Shown piece after piece: positions 29,904-40,488 of a DNA stretch of 64,000 nucleotides. Positions within the stretch are counted from its first letter, which is position 1; the number at the start of each line of letters is the position of its first letter. The translations under genes and the position numbers were made by a program. The stretch is from Candidatus Poribacteria bacterium (GTDB lineage Bacteria > Poribacteria > WGA-4E > WGA-3G). The stretch lies in the NCBI GenBank assembly GCA_965215265.1, contig OZ244048.1:544001-608000 (forward strand), written 5' to 3'. A model generated the notes under the pieces. It searched no databases, was not told the origin of the DNA, and saw nothing but the letters and a program-made list of their open reading frames with translations.

Positions 29904-31658
29904 TTACTCGTTTTCCGGTTCCGTTATGACCAGTTGTTGGTTCGCCGTGACGTTCTTCAGCCCCTGCACAGTGCCACTTTGCCAATGAATTTCAAGATAT
30001 GGGATGGCAGTGTGGGAACCCAGTCCAAACAGCAAACGACTGTCATTGCTACTCAGGTAACTTGCATTTCGGCGGACTTCACGTGTTGCTGAGGAATCCG
30101 GGAATTTCAACGTGACACGCGTCCCGATACCGTCCCGGTTGCTTATTGTACCAACTGTTTTGAGCCGCAGCCAATTGTGGATGCCCTGACTCTCATTGCG
30201 CAGTAGTGTTACCTTGCCATTTAGCTGCGTGACAACCACATCGGTGTCACCGTCGTTGTCGTAGTCCCCAAAGCATGCCCCACGGCTAACCTTGTGACTG
30301 GCGGCTTTCGTTTCTATGGACTCATGTCTCTCAAATGGCATTTCGACAAACGTCCCATCGCGGCGGTTTCGGAAAAGTTGATTGGGTTGGGCATAAGATA
30401 GAACATCTGTCAGTTTTGCGATGTTTGGAAAGATGTGCCCATTCGCGACAAAAATATCAAGGGCTCCATCATTATCGGCATCAAGAAAACCTGCCCCGAA
30501 CCCTAAATAGAGATAACTTTCCTCACCTAAGCACGCTTGGTAACTTACATCGGTGAACGTGGCATCGCCATTATTCCGATAAAGAGTATTTGTTTCATAA
30601 GAGAAATTTGTGACGAAAATATCAAGGAATCCATCGGCATTGTAGTCAGCAACGTCTACGCCCATGCCGGCTTGTGCTACTCCATCTGCACTGTAAGCAC
30701 ATCCGGTGAGAATGGCGAGTTCACCGAAGGTGCCGTCGCCTTTGTTATAAAAAAGGTAGTTAGGTGTATCATCATTTGCTATGTAAATATCGGGATATCC
30801 ATCGGTATCAAAATCTGCGGCTACAACGCCTAACCCTTTGCCATGGAACATGCCTCCCGGATCTCGAATGTTTGCTGCTTCGGTTACATCTGTAAAGGTG
30901 CTATCTCCGTTATTTCGGTAGAGCCTATCCGGTTCGCCTTTAAAGTTTTTCGGATGGCAATAACCGCGAACCCGCTTTGTGTTAAAACCGTTGTCCAAGG
31001 TGAGGTTTTCATGGCACGGCGGATGAGGTGTATCTAAGGCATAGTGCAGGTAGTTAACAACGTAGAGGTCCAGGTCGCCATCCTTATCGTAATCTAAGAA
31101 GGTTGCGCTGCTACTCCAGCGCGTATCCCCTGTTCCAGATTGGGCGGTGGCATCAGTGAAACCGCCAACACCATTGTTGTGATAGAGCCGGTTTTTTCCA
31201 AAATTGGTTAGGTAGAGATCTACGTAACCATCATTATCATAATCACCGCATGCTACCCCATGCCCATAGTTGCCACGATTGCTTGCACCGCCAGCTTCAG
31301 GAACATCGGTAAAGGAACCGTCCCCGTTATTTCGGTAGAGTGCACTCGGTGCCGCACCATTAACGAAGTAAAGATCGAGATATCCATCGTTGTCATAATC
31401 AAAAAATGCCGCCCCGGCACCCAATGTCTCAGGCAGATGATAGTCGCCTGTTGCACCGTTTGTGTGCGTAAAGTGGAGCCCTGCAATCTGGGTAACATCT
31501 TTAAAGTAGATAGAGGGTTCAATAGGGAGGGCGGAGAAAGGGTATAGGATCAAGACTATCAGAAGACTGACTATAAGGCAAATATATTTTTTCCATGGGA
31601 CAGTGGCTGGGACGGGTTCATCAAAGTGAAGCGCCGGCTCTAAAAGTATGGGTGTCAT
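29904..31658 (-). CDS. CRTAC1/ASPIC-UnbV family protein
   Basis: FG-GAP DYDNDG repeats; SNRDGIG..LLFGLG ASPIC/UnbV domain. Confidence 0.9.
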   Translation of the reverse strand: MTPILLEPALHFDEPVPATVPWKKYICLIVSLLIVLILYPFSALPIEPSIYFKDVTQIAGLHFTHTNGATGDYHLPETLGAGAAFFDYDNDGYLDLYFVNGAAPSALYRNNGDGSFTDVPEAGGASNRGNYGHGVACGDYDNDGYVDLYLTNFGKNRLYHNNGVGGFTDATAQSGTGDTRWSSSATFLDYDKDGDLDLYVVNYLHYALDTPHPPCHENLTLDNGFNTKRVRGYCHPKNFKGEPDRLYRNNGDSTFTDVTEAANIRDPGGMFHGKGLGVVAADFDTDGYPDIYIANDDTPNYLFYNKGDGTFGELAILTGCAYSADGVAQAGMGVDVADYNADGFLDIFVTNFSYETNTLYRNNGDATFTDVSYQACLGEESYLYLGFGAGFLDADNDGALDIFVANGHIFPNIAKLTDVLSYAQPNQLFRNRRDGTFVEMPFERHESIETKAASHKVSRGACFGDYDNDGDTDVVVTQLNGKVTLLRNESQGIHNWLRLKTVGTISNRDGIGTRVTLKFPDSSATREVRRNASYLSSNDSRLLFGLGSHTAIPYLEIHWQSGTVQGLKNVTANQQLVITEPENE

Positions 31659-31676
31659 GTGTGCGTCCCAGCAGAT

Positions 31677-32450
31677 TTAACCGTACATCTCCCGCAGAAT
31701 TTGACGGATGTCTGGTGCGTCGGCGAGGTAACGGCTTTCCGCTTCTTCTTTGACATTTTCGGGTATACTGTGAAGTGCCTCCGCCATCGCCCCGGCGATG
31801 GCGGCAAGGGTATCAGAGTCACCTCCAAGGGAGATGGCATTACAAACCGCGTCTTCAAAATTCGCTGATTCTAAGGCACACGTGACAGCCTGCGGCACCG
31901 TGCCTTGGCACGTCATGTCAAACTCGTATGTGGGACGAATATCCACCACTGTCCGGGTTAAGTCGTAGTCGTACGTCGTAGCGATAACGTTGCGGATGTC
32001 TGCTGCGCGTTCGCCTTGATATGCAAGCCATATCGCGTGTGTTGTTGCCCGCGCCCCCTTTATGCCTTCCGGATGGTTGTGACTAATAACGGTTACTTGG
32101 TCGGCAGCATTGAGGGCTGCATCCAGGTCTTCGCGATTCAAAAACGCCGCAGGTGAGACGCGCATAGCTGCACCGTTGCGGAAAGTGCAGTTCGGTGCAG
32201 CTTTTTCAAAACGGATCCACTTCGTAAATATCTGGCTGAAACCACAGCCGAGATACCGGTGGCCCCATGCACGCATCGTTTCTGCCGGTGGTAAACCGTG
32301 CAGCAGAATATCCGCTACAGCCGCAGTGCAAACCGAATCGTCTGTAAAACGGCAACTTTCGCTGAAGAATGGAAAATCTTTAGTTTTAATCCGCTTATCC
32401 TTCGGTTCGTAGATAGAGCCGGCAATGTCGCCAATAATTGCACCTAACAT
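31677..32450 (-). CDS. ADP-ribosylglycohydrolase family protein
   Basis: MLGAIIGDIAGS, FTDDS, NGAAMRVSP and GGDSDT motifs. Confidence 0.92.
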   Translation of the reverse strand: MLGAIIGDIAGSIYEPKDKRIKTKDFPFFSESCRFTDDSVCTAAVADILLHGLPPAETMRAWGHRYLGCGFSQIFTKWIRFEKAAPNCTFRNGAAMRVSPAAFLNREDLDAALNAADQVTVISHNHPEGIKGARATTHAIWLAYQGERAADIRNVIATTYDYDLTRTVVDIRPTYEFDMTCQGTVPQAVTCALESANFEDAVCNAISLGGDSDTLAAIAGAMAEALHSIPENVKEEAESRYLADAPDIRQILREMYG

Positions 32451-32561
32451 AGTTTTTTGAAAAAAAGAGGAGAAGGGTAGGTTAAACCTGCCTTCTGTTT
32501 CAAGGTTAAGAGAAATGGCGAGGGACATAGACCTCGCCATATAATACAAGCGTCTGCAGTG

Positions 32562-33398
32562 CTATTTCAAAGTCCGTTGTGCTTTGATGTCTGCCCAGGT
32601 GGTTGTGAATTTATCTTGTGGTTCAACGCTCGTCACGACTGCGGCATACTCTGTGAAATCGGATTGGTCAAAAGCGGAACCGTAGACAACGACTTCATCT
32701 ATCATACCACCGAAGTAGTGAATATCTGTGCCTTCACCATCTTCATCGTGGAAGACTGCGTTGGCATTGACGTGCGCGATACCGATATCGTCTCCGTGGC
32801 CATAGAGTCCCCCACCTTCTTCACTAGCAATCAGTTCACCATCTAACCACATCTCAAATTTTCCGGGCTCGACAGCTGCACCGCCTTCACGGATAACCAG
32901 GCCGACGTGATACCACCGATTTGACTCTATTGGAGCAGAGGGCCACGCCCCATTCCAATTGTATTCGGCGCGGTTCCATCCGGCGACGTAGACTTCACCA
33001 TCAAATACATTGATGACGAGCCCACGTGTACGTCCACCTTCTTCATAAATTGTCTGCTTCTGCTCGGTGATGTTTACATCGGTGCAGTTAAAGTAAAGAG
33101 CGACTGTCCGATTGCTGTAGTATTCAGGTTGTGGAATTGTATTAATGCCGATGGAATCGGGGAGTTTTATCCCATCATCGTCTCCGTCAAACAGTAACGC
33201 TGTGCCGACCACACCGTCAACGATTTCTGGGTCGCCGACGATAGTTCCGTCCAAACTCTTTCCGGAGGTATCTGCGGCATCTCCATTATCAAAATTCCAA
33301 ACGCCTTCTACTGTCGTTTCATCTTTTGCTGCAAAGGTTGCGACGGCGGTTAGCATTAGGAATACACTTAATATCGAAAAGGAACTCAATTTTACCAT
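32562..33398 (-). CDS. Secreted LamG/concanavalin-like domain protein
   Basis: Signal peptide; WYHVG..MWLDG..GMIDEVVVY; C-terminal VEPQDKFTTTWADIK. Confidence 0.88.
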   Translation of the reverse strand: MVKLSSFSILSVFLMLTAVATFAAKDETTVEGVWNFDNGDAADTSGKSLDGTIVGDPEIVDGVVGTALLFDGDDDGIKLPDSIGINTIPQPEYYSNRTVALYFNCTDVNITEQKQTIYEEGGRTRGLVINVFDGEVYVAGWNRAEYNWNGAWPSAPIESNRWYHVGLVIREGGAAVEPGKFEMWLDGELIASEEGGGLYGHGDDIGIAHVNANAVFHDEDGEGTDIHYFGGMIDEVVVYGSAFDQSDFTEYAAVVTSVEPQDKFTTTWADIKAQRTLK

Positions 33399-33559
33399 TT
33401 GGCATATCTCCTTTATATGTTTTTTTTCTCTCTGCCCGCGGCGCTTCCTTTTTGACAAAGATGCTTGTCGAAACGGTACAGGCAGAGACTACATTATAAA
33501 TTTGCGATTAACGCAGCGGGTCAACGCGTGCTAAAACGGTTTTCAATGCACGGTTAAGG

Positions 33560-34381
33560 CTATCTTTCAATCCGTCGGTCTTTCAGGTTTGCCCACGTTG
33601 TCGTGAATTTGCCTTGAGGTTCTACGCTGAGCGGCTGCGCGAGTTTTGCAAAGTCAGCCTCGTCGAAAGCCGAACCGTAGACGATGACTTCGTCAATTAA
33701 ACCACCAAACCAATCAATGTCAGTTCCAGAGCCACCCTCATCGTGATAGACAGCGTTCTGGTTGGTGTGTCCGATACCAATATCATCGGAGTGTGCATGG
33801 AGTTGACCCCCTTTTTCTTGGGCGATCCGCTTTCCATCCAACCACATCTCAAATTTTTTGTTTTCTACCTTAGCGGCTGCATTGCGAATCACTAAACCGA
33901 CGTGATACCACCTCTTCGATTTAACATCTGCAGAAGGCCATTCACCGTTCCAGTTGTATTCGGCACGATTCCAGCCGCCGACGTAAACTTTCTTGTCGTG
34001 CACATAGATGACTAAACCACGTGTGCGTCCGCCTTCTTCATAGATCACCTGTTTCCGGTCCTTCACACCGACATCGTCGCAATAGAAGAGTGCTGCGACT
34101 GTTCGATCGGTGTAGGGACCGCTTGTATTGATATCGGCGGAGTCAGGGAGTTTTATACCGTCGTTGTCTCCGTTAAACTGCAACGCTTTCCCGGCGATAC
34201 CGTCAACCCCTTTCGGATTCCCAACAAAGTTCCCGTTGACTCCTTTTTTGGAATTGTCTTTCGCACTGCCGTCATTGAACGTCCAGTTTGCTGCAACTGT
34301 AGCTTCATCTCGCTGCGCTTCTGTTGAACTAATCGAGAATAACAGCGTAGCACAACACGTAAAAATTAACACTCGAACCAC
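33560..34381 (-). CDS. Secreted LamG domain protein, tandem paralogue
   Basis: Shares YEEGGRTRGLVI and GWNRAEYNWNG with its neighbour; C-terminal VEPQGKFTTTWANLK. Confidence 0.88.
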   Translation of the reverse strand: MVRVLIFTCCATLLFSISSTEAQRDEATVAANWTFNDGSAKDNSKKGVNGNFVGNPKGVDGIAGKALQFNGDNDGIKLPDSADINTSGPYTDRTVAALFYCDDVGVKDRKQVIYEEGGRTRGLVIYVHDKKVYVGGWNRAEYNWNGEWPSADVKSKRWYHVGLVIRNAAAKVENKKFEMWLDGKRIAQEKGGQLHAHSDDIGIGHTNQNAVYHDEGGSGTDIDWFGGLIDEVIVYGSAFDEADFAKLAQPLSVEPQGKFTTTWANLKDRRIER

Positions 34382-34622
34382 TTTTATCCCTCCTTATCAA
34401 TCTCCTTTTTCAGATATAGGGGTTAAATTTTTTTCGACACGAGCGTATGTCGACTCTCAAAATTCTGAGTGATAATTTTTATTATTGCAAAATATGAAGA
34501 TTTTTTCAATAGAAAAATGTTTTTCTTCCACCACGGAAGGTTTTAAAACTGTTGGCGCGGACAGAAAACCGTATGTTAGGACAGATTTCGGTTTTCCGCT
34601 TCATGAGCCGACAAGTACTATT

Positions 34623-35036
34623 TTAGAGTGACAATTCATTGCCTTGCTGCGAAGAATCGGCTCGAAAACTGTAATAGCCGAGGAATGCGATGTCCCGCAG
34701 CCCACGGAACAGGAGGCGGCACACCCGGAAGCGGCTCCCCGCCCAGGTTTCGATGTAGTGCACGGCATCACGCGCGGAAAGCTGTGTAAAACGGCGCGGT
34801 TTTCCAATAAACAGAAGTGGACACCATTCAAAAACTTGTAGCCCGGAACGGAGTTGCGTTTGCAACGGTTTGGGCAGCCGCGACACGAAGGTGTCAATTG
34901 CAAGAAGCGGTTCATCTAATGCGGTGTCAGTAGGAATGCCAACCATATAGATAAACACAGATTTGAGGATGCAGCGTTCCGCTTGCGTGAAGAACGTTTT
35001 ATCATTTAACGCTGTTTTGAGCATCGTCTTGTTCAC
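34623..35036 (-). CDS. Hypothetical protein, gluconate-2-dehydrogenase subunit 3-like
   Basis: RRFTQLS..W..S..R..FRGLR..LGYY pattern. Confidence 0.55.
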   Translation of the reverse strand: MNKTMLKTALNDKTFFTQAERCILKSVFIYMVGIPTDTALDEPLLAIDTFVSRLPKPLQTQLRSGLQVFEWCPLLFIGKPRRFTQLSARDAVHYIETWAGSRFRVCRLLFRGLRDIAFLGYYSFRADSSQQGNELSL

Positions 35037-35970
35037 GTTGTTGCGAGAGAGATTCGCACAGTTCTCTTGCTTCTACAACCTGTTCTGCTTCACCGTGTTG
35101 AATTTCCAAAACTTTTAGAACATCAGAGGGGAACTGCATGAACACCTCATCCCAATCCATGTCGCCGGTCCCTGGCGGATGGTACGCCTCAAGTCCTTGC
35201 ATATCGTGGAGGTTTACACCGATGAGATGTTCTGTGTAAGCCATTAACCACTTTTCTGCCTGGCACAACCCGAGTCGTTCCTGAAGTGCTGCGTGTGCAA
35301 CATCGTGCCAATAGCGCATAGGGCTGCCGTAGAATTCCTCAAAGAGCAAGCCGACTTCGTCAAAATTCGGAATCTGATAATAGTGTGGGCGGTTCTCAAT
35401 CGCGAGATGGAGCTCCATCCGCAAGGCGCGTTCATTCAATTCATCAAGGCTTCGGAGGACAGCATCATGGTGTTTTGCCTCTTTGCGCTTGCGCCACTCA
35501 GTGGCTTCTGTGACTTTCTGGCTGAAAGCTTCAAACTCGCGTTCGCCATACGTGTAAAGGGCTACCATTAGGTGTGACCTATCGTAGGTATCTACTTCAC
35601 CGAGGTGCAGCACCACCGTTGAGATTTCCAATTCACTCGCGAGTTCCATCGTTCGCACGGTTCTGCGTACCGCTTCCTTTCGTTCGTCAGTGTCAAGACT
35701 GGCAAGTTGAACGGCATCAGTTCCCGTCTTTATGAACCGGGCTTTGCTCTGGAATCCCCTTGTCGGATCGTACTGTGGACAGAAATTATGGATGGAACAA
35801 GGCAACCCCACAGTATTGTCGCGTAATAACGGCTTGAGCTGCTCAATCTGATCTGCGGTAAGGTGTCTACTGAGTTCAATGCTCGCAAAACCGAGGGCTT
35901 TTAGTTCATCAAACAGCACGGCACCATCAGGCTGTTTCAACGCATTCCACATTGTTGAAATTGCTAACAT
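35002..35970 (-). CDS. Sugar phosphate isomerase/epimerase (AP endonuclease 2 TIM barrel)
   Basis: VVLHLG, LAIEN, WHDVAHA and NLHD..HPPGTG motifs. Confidence 0.85.
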   Translation of the reverse strand: MLAISTMWNALKQPDGAVLFDELKALGFASIELSRHLTADQIEQLKPLLRDNTVGLPCSIHNFCPQYDPTRGFQSKARFIKTGTDAVQLASLDTDERKEAVRRTVRTMELASELEISTVVLHLGEVDTYDRSHLMVALYTYGEREFEAFSQKVTEATEWRKRKEAKHHDAVLRSLDELNERALRMELHLAIENRPHYYQIPNFDEVGLLFEEFYGSPMRYWHDVAHAALQERLGLCQAEKWLMAYTEHLIGVNLHDMQGLEAYHPPGTGDMDWDEVFMQFPSDVLKVLEIQHGEAEQVVEARELCESLSQQREQDDAQNSVK

Positions 35971-36587
35971 TTTTCTGCTTCACTGTCCTGAATGATAACT
36001 TTTCTACCTTCGACCTTTAGTTGGCCTTGCGCGTACCACCTAATAACTTGTGGATAGAGTTTATGTTCTTCAATCTGAATCCGGGCGTGCAAACTTTCTT
36101 CATCGTCTGTGTCCAAAACTGGGACAACCGCTTGTGCAATAATAGGACCTGAGTCAACTTCTTCATCAACGAAGTGGACGGTAACACCGGTCACTTTAAC
36201 CCCATACGCCAACGTATCGGCGACTGGCTGTGCGCCCGGAAACGCTGGCAGGAGCGTCGGATGCACGTTAATAATTCGGTTCTGGTACCTCCGGACAAAC
36301 GGAGGTTGAAACAGTTTCATAAAACCTGCAAGTACTATCAGTTCCGCAGCATAACGCTCAATCTGCTTTGAAATCTCCGCGTCAAAATCGGTTCGATTGT
36401 CAAAATCTCGGGTTCTGACAACTTGTGTTGGAATGCCGGCGGCTTTCGCCCGCGTGAGTGCATACGCCTTTTCCCGGTCGCTAATCACAACAGCGATTTT
36501 GATGCTACAAGTTTCGTCTCCATGTAATTTTTCTATCAGTGTCTGCAGATTGGTACCGCTTCCTGAAACAAGAACTGCTATTTTCAT
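35964..36587 (-). CDS. purN: Phosphoribosylglycinamide formyltransferase
   Basis: SGSGTNLQ, NVHPTLLPAFPG and VDSGPII motifs. Confidence 0.96.
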   Translation of the reverse strand: MKIAVLVSGSGTNLQTLIEKLHGDETCSIKIAVVISDREKAYALTRAKAAGIPTQVVRTRDFDNRTDFDAEISKQIERYAAELIVLAGFMKLFQPPFVRRYQNRIINVHPTLLPAFPGAQPVADTLAYGVKVTGVTVHFVDEEVDSGPIIAQAVVPVLDTDDEESLHARIQIEEHKLYPQVIRWYAQGQLKVEGRKVIIQDSEAEKC

Positions 36588-36643
36588 ATCTCATCGGATT
36601 AAAACACGGTTTATCGCTTAGATCGACAAAAAACTCTATTTCT

Positions 36644-38524
36644 TTACCAATATGAATTATTTGAGGTGTGGCCCCCTGGGATGGGTATCCATACGCCGCC
36701 GGTTCTCACAGCTACCTCATGTTGGAAATCGTCGTAAGTGCCAATAACGCTGACTATAGCGTGTTTGCCTTGCAAAAGTTGGATAGTGGCTAACGCTGAG
36801 TACTTGCCCTTAGCAGGTTCATCCGTAACCAAAATCAGATAAAGTTGTGCGTTTGTCCGTAATTTGACCCGCCGCAGTCCTTCCTCAATGGCATCTAACA
36901 GCGTTTCATCCTCTTGGTACGGCAGAGCTGCGATTTTCTGAATCTGCACCAGCGTTTGCGGTGGACTGAAAACGTTTACCATATTTACGGAGGCACGCGT
37001 ACGGAAACGCACCACGCCGATTTCGTAATCAATGAATGCGTTATCCCAATTTCGAAGCATCAACTCGAATTGCTTCAGAAGGTTAGGCAATTTATCCTCC
37101 ATGCTTTTGCTACTATCAATGAACAAGATAATATCAACCGGAGTGTGGCTGTGTTTTTGAAGCAGATGATCTCCAATCTTTTCGACGTTTGTCCATTCTG
37201 CAAGGCGTAATGTCTGTGCCATAGCCCGCGGTGTCGTAGCGGTGTTGAGATGCATAAGAGGCGGGGCATCTTCAGGAATAACGTGCCATTTACCTCCGGT
37301 TTGTGTTGCCAGTGCCTGATGCTCAGCTGTAGGAAGCCCGAGGACGTTGACATAGATACCGAATTCACGGCAGTAGGCGATAGCATCACTCACCGTCAGT
37401 CCCTCAAGGCTTGTGAACGGTTCATCTGTCACGAGAATAAAATGTCTTTTGGAGGTAGGACGAAATTGGAGCTCCTTCACCGTCTGGACAATTGCATCGA
37501 GCGCGTTTTCGTCTTGATGCGGCATGATTGTTCGGATGGCCCGTTTATAGACTGAAAGATTTTTTGTCAACTGCAGCACGTTAATTGTGTTTTTCTTCTC
37601 CTTCGGATCTCCCCAGAATTCTGTCAAACCGAGCGCGTAATCAATTTTAGAGGAACGGTATACGTCAATCATCTCTGTCAAATGTTCTGCAACTGCTTTG
37701 ATATTATTCCTCATACTCCCACTCGCATCAATTACAAACACGACATCAATTGGACCGCCCTCACTCGTGTCAACAATCTGCTGAGCAAGCCCTTTCATCA
37801 GTTTGTTAAATCGATTCTGGGAAATAACGGCCGGCTTTTTTCTGTCAAATGCAAAATCGCTATCACCCTCTACCTCTGTGATATCGAGGAGCCTAGTGGT
37901 CCCTTCTTGTCCATGGTCTCGCAGTGGCGCGCGTTGAATACCTAACTTCCCACTTCGTTTTGAACCAAATGAACCTGTTCCTGAAACACCAGCTACTTCC
38001 GTTGTAGAGAGCTCTTGGGCCAAGTTCCGAAGAGCACGAGACGTTGTACTTACCTCGGATGGAACCTCCGGTTCAAGAGGGGCTTGCTTAAGACGTGGTT
38101 CAGTGCGATTTACTAGAGGGACTGACCTGATACTCGGTTGAATGCCTATTTCCGGCGTGATACTTTCAACCTTTGCGATAGGTACGTTTGCAGAAACATC
38201 ACGCGGTGTCTCATGAAAACGAAGTATGCTCTTTTTCGGACGCGATTTTGGTTCCTTCAAGACCTTCCCTACTGCAATCAGTTCTGCCTCTATGCTCACT
38301 GTGTTTGATGATATTGGCTTCTTCTGCACTACGACGTAAAATGTCAGGACGAAAAATACGAGGTGTAATATTAACGATATAAATAAAGCACTACTAGTTA
38401 TAGATTTTAGTCTCGCTTCCGTAAAAACCTGATTGTTTCGTTTTCGCGGTAGGCGCGACTTCAGGTTGTGAGCTCTAACATTTTTTCTATTCAAACTTCT
38501 TAAACGAACGTTTGGGTTCTTCAT
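36644..38524 (-). CDS. Membrane-anchored protein with two vWA domains
   Basis: TM segment ISLILHLVF; MIDAS motifs DASGSM and DSSKSM; two LVTDEP motifs. Confidence 0.85.
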   Translation of the reverse strand: MKNPNVRLRSLNRKNVRAHNLKSRLPRKRNNQVFTEARLKSITSSALFISLILHLVFFVLTFYVVVQKKPISSNTVSIEAELIAVGKVLKEPKSRPKKSILRFHETPRDVSANVPIAKVESITPEIGIQPSIRSVPLVNRTEPRLKQAPLEPEVPSEVSTTSRALRNLAQELSTTEVAGVSGTGSFGSKRSGKLGIQRAPLRDHGQEGTTRLLDITEVEGDSDFAFDRKKPAVISQNRFNKLMKGLAQQIVDTSEGGPIDVVFVIDASGSMRNNIKAVAEHLTEMIDVYRSSKIDYALGLTEFWGDPKEKKNTINVLQLTKNLSVYKRAIRTIMPHQDENALDAIVQTVKELQFRPTSKRHFILVTDEPFTSLEGLTVSDAIAYCREFGIYVNVLGLPTAEHQALATQTGGKWHVIPEDAPPLMHLNTATTPRAMAQTLRLAEWTNVEKIGDHLLQKHSHTPVDIILFIDSSKSMEDKLPNLLKQFELMLRNWDNAFIDYEIGVVRFRTRASVNMVNVFSPPQTLVQIQKIAALPYQEDETLLDAIEEGLRRVKLRTNAQLYLILVTDEPAKGKYSALATIQLLQGKHAIVSVIGTYDDFQHEVAVRTGGVWIPIPGGHTSNNSYW

Positions 38525-39212
38525 GCCGAATTACCTCAAATGAGATTAACTTTTCGCTGGACAGCGGATACGTTTTTTTCAACGTGTGCTGAGAAAAATC
38601 TGCGCTCTGGTTTCCGCGCGGTGCGTAAAGCGTTACACCGACCATGCTAAAAACAGCGAAGGTCAGCACAAACGTGTAAATCGGACTGTGTGTTTGAATA
38701 TTCTGTCTTATCCATCCGAACAGTGGTTCTAAAAGCCGCGGATTCTTGTGTTTTTTATACCTCTCAGTATCGGAATGTGTATGCAAGTCGAAATCTTGTC
38801 TTTCAGGAGACTTGCGAAGAGGCCACCAAGACAGACAGGACTGCTGCTGTACATTCATTGCTTGTGCTTTTGCGATTACTCCTGCTACGAAGCCATTGGA
38901 TGCTTTAACCGGCTCCACGTGGCGAAGAAACAGGTCTGTCTCTTCCAGCCTTAATACGTGAGACGCGCAGCTCGGACATCGTTTCAGGTGTTGCCGGATG
39001 AGAATCCCTTTCCATGTTGGCAATTCCTTGTCGATATAGGCGGACAGTTCAATAGAGATTCTTTCTGGGAGTGTCAACTTCTCCGAACAATTCCCGACAA
39101 GCACTTGTAGTTTCTTACAAGAAAACGTGGGTGGATGGTTTCTCACTTGCCGCTGTGCATGTTTTGGTAGAAGCGATCGGCTCGCCTGGTCCTTGTCTTT
39201 ATAGTTTTTCAT
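38487..39212 (-). CDS. zf-HC2 anti-sigma factor
   Basis: LSAYIDKEL..HLKRCPSC; one TM helix; overlaps the ECF sigma gene. Confidence 0.85.
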   Translation of the reverse strand: MKNYKDKDQASRSLLPKHAQRQVRNHPPTFSCKKLQVLVGNCSEKLTLPERISIELSAYIDKELPTWKGILIRQHLKRCPSCASHVLRLEETDLFLRHVEPVKASNGFVAGVIAKAQAMNVQQQSCLSWWPLRKSPERQDFDLHTHSDTERYKKHKNPRLLEPLFGWIRQNIQTHSPIYTFVLTFAVFSMVGVTLYAPRGNQSADFSQHTLKKTYPLSSEKLISFEVIRHEEPKRSFKKFE

Positions 39213-39807
39213 CGGTTTTTTCCCCAAATCCGGCTTTAATAAGCAATTTTTTCATTCTTTGGCGTGCTCGGTGAATCAGTGCTTTCACTGCACCAACGGA
39301 GCAATTCAAAATTTCAGCAACCTCTTCATAACGTAAGTCTTGATATGTGACGAGCGTTAGCGCGAGACGTTGATTTTCCGGGAGCTGCTCGAGTGCTTTT
39401 CGGACAATTTCGCGCTGCTCCTTTTTCTCGCACATCACATCCGGCAAGTAGCGTGTATCGTGCATGATGTCCGAGTGATACACATCCGTCTGTTCTTCTA
39501 CCATATCTTCAAAGAAATAGGTATTCCGGCGAGAGCGATTGCGAACCTCATTTTTACATAAATTGGTGGCGATCGTGTAAAGCCAACTTTTAAATGAGGC
39601 TGAAGGCCGGTACCGGTTCGCATTTTTGAAGACCCGGAGGAATGTCTCTTGGGAAAGGTCCTCGGCGCGATGATAATCGTTTATGGAGCGGTGAATGTAG
39701 TTGATTAGTGGATCTTGATACCGGTGAACCAGTAACTCAAATGCACTCATGTCGCCTTTCGCGCATTTTGCAATCAAATCTTCGTCTGAAACAAACATGA
39801 ATTCCAC
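39199..39807 (-). CDS. ECF RNA polymerase sigma-70 factor
   Basis: AEDLSQETF..FKSWLYTIATN; region 4 YEEVAEIL..HRAR. Confidence 0.93.
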   Translation of the reverse strand: MEFMFVSDEDLIAKCAKGDMSAFELLVHRYQDPLINYIHRSINDYHRAEDLSQETFLRVFKNANRYRPSASFKSWLYTIATNLCKNEVRNRSRRNTYFFEDMVEEQTDVYHSDIMHDTRYLPDVMCEKKEQREIVRKALEQLPENQRLALTLVTYQDLRYEEVAEILNCSVGAVKALIHRARQRMKKLLIKAGFGEKTDEKL

Positions 39808-39894
39808 TCCTTTTGTGCGGAATCATCAAGTAACTCAGATAAAGGTATAGGCCCAAAAATCTCTGCCGGGTTACGCCACGGGGCGTTTCTGCCA

Positions 39895-40464
39895 CTATTT
39901 CTTTCCGGCTGTTAGTTTGAGTCGCATCGCTGCTTTGTAAGCGTCTACTGCCTCCCGTCGCTTCCCTTGAAACGTGTAAACCGCTGCTAGTTCAGAGTGC
40001 AACTCGGCGTTCTGAGGCATAAACTGGATCGCGCGCGTATAAACATCAACAGCTTCATCGTAGCGTTTCAGTAGTCGATACGTAGCAGCGAGGTTGAGAT
40101 GTACCATTACTTCACTCGGTTCACACGCAATCGCCATTTTGTAAGCATCTATGGCACTTTCATAGGCACCCAGCATAAAACGTGCTAATCCGAGATGAAA
40201 GTGTGCCTCTGCTGATTCATAGTTGTGTTGAAGGGCGGCTTTAAATTCTTCGATCGCCTTTGTATACTCCCTTGCGTTTAATGCATCCGCGCCCTGTTTC
40301 AAGTGCTTTGATACTGTCTGATGAATGTGAAGAGCTACGTATCCACGATGGATGTGTGCTTCTTGCTTCCGTTTTTCGGATACTGTCGGTTCGCCTTGCG
40401 TTCTTGCAACAGTAGTCGTCTGTGAACTGTGCCCTGAGTTTTGATTCTGATTTTCTTTTGACAT
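39895..40464 (-). CDS. TPR protein
   Basis: About four TPR repeats. Confidence 0.85.
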   Translation of the reverse strand: MSKENQNQNSGHSSQTTTVARTQGEPTVSEKRKQEAHIHRGYVALHIHQTVSKHLKQGADALNAREYTKAIEEFKAALQHNYESAEAHFHLGLARFMLGAYESAIDAYKMAIACEPSEVMVHLNLAATYRLLKRYDEAVDVYTRAIQFMPQNAELHSELAAVYTFQGKRREAVDAYKAAMRLKLTAGKK

Positions 40465-40488
40465 TTTTCACAAAGGTTTTAAAAATTG

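Noticed and set aside
34601-34639. Remnant of a GMC oxidoreductase start (MNCHSKIVLVGS)
   Set aside because: Too short to distinguish from chance.
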